Position numbers and translations under genes: made by a program. From IMG/VR virus record IMGVR_UViG_3300031998_000018: a stretch of DNA of 20,000 nt. The stretch is one strand, 5' to 3'. The DNA comes from an uncultured virus (IMG/VR IMGVR_UViG_3300031998_000018). Its lineage: Duplodnaviria > Heunggongvirae > Uroviricota > Caudoviricetes. The number at the start of each line of letters is the position of its first letter. Position 1 is the stretch's first letter. Positions 19,758 to 20,000 of the stretch are shown in pieces. The notes below the pieces were generated by a model, which saw nothing but the letters and a program-made list of their open reading frames with translations, ran no database searches and was not told the origin of the DNA.

Positions 19758-20000
19758 ATGCCTACCCCACAATATTCTAATTATATTGCGTAGATCACTC
19801 TTCCCGATAATATTACTTATCACATAAAGGACTCTGAAGCTAGACAATGGATAGAGGATCTTGCATCTGCTGGCTGGTAATCGCATTTATTTTCGCTCAT
19901 CTAATACTACTACCTTAAACTCTGGTTCTTTTGTAGTTAAGAAAACTAATAGTCTTGATGGGGTCAATGCGGCCTATGAAGTTGGTGGTTTATTAGCTTC
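19758..20000 (+). CDS. 5' part of a tail-fibre-like gene with 1 TAG and an apparent frameshift near 19869-19877
   Basis: SD AAGGAGG; MPTPQYSNYIA*ITLPDNITYHIKDSEARQWIEDLASAGW stops at TAA 19878-80, but the +1 frame continues AGNRIYFRSSNTTTLNSGSFVVKK... to the window end. Confidence 0.55.

Overview
Replication/recombination module of a large tailed phage, probably infecting a Bacillota/Clostridia host (strong SD sites, SigA-type promoters), running into the start of a plus-strand structural (tail-fibre-like) module. The phage appears to reassign TAG to glutamine (translation table 15). No convincing gene ends in TAG, while 22 in-frame TAGs interrupt 8 otherwise intact genes, one at the conserved Gln of UvrD/PcrA motif IVa (RTNDQ). 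The supplied standard-code ORF track therefore splits or misses recJ, a Mom-like gene, a compact uvrD, two GIY-YIG genes and the tail genes. The core replisome genes (gyrB, gyrA, dnaB, dnaG, SSB, AAA ATPase) are TAG-free. Notable elements: a Mom-type DNA-modification enzyme fused to NUMOD1/HTH domains behind a 16-aa leader ORF; a membrane-anchored coiled-coil GIY-YIG nuclease; a perfect (AT)29 microsatellite inside a GIY-YIG gene; an RBS-sequestering hairpin around a candidate late promoter; five copies of a conserved early promoter; and an apparent excess of GCGCG/CGCGC. All calls come from manual translation and motif recognition; no database searches were run.
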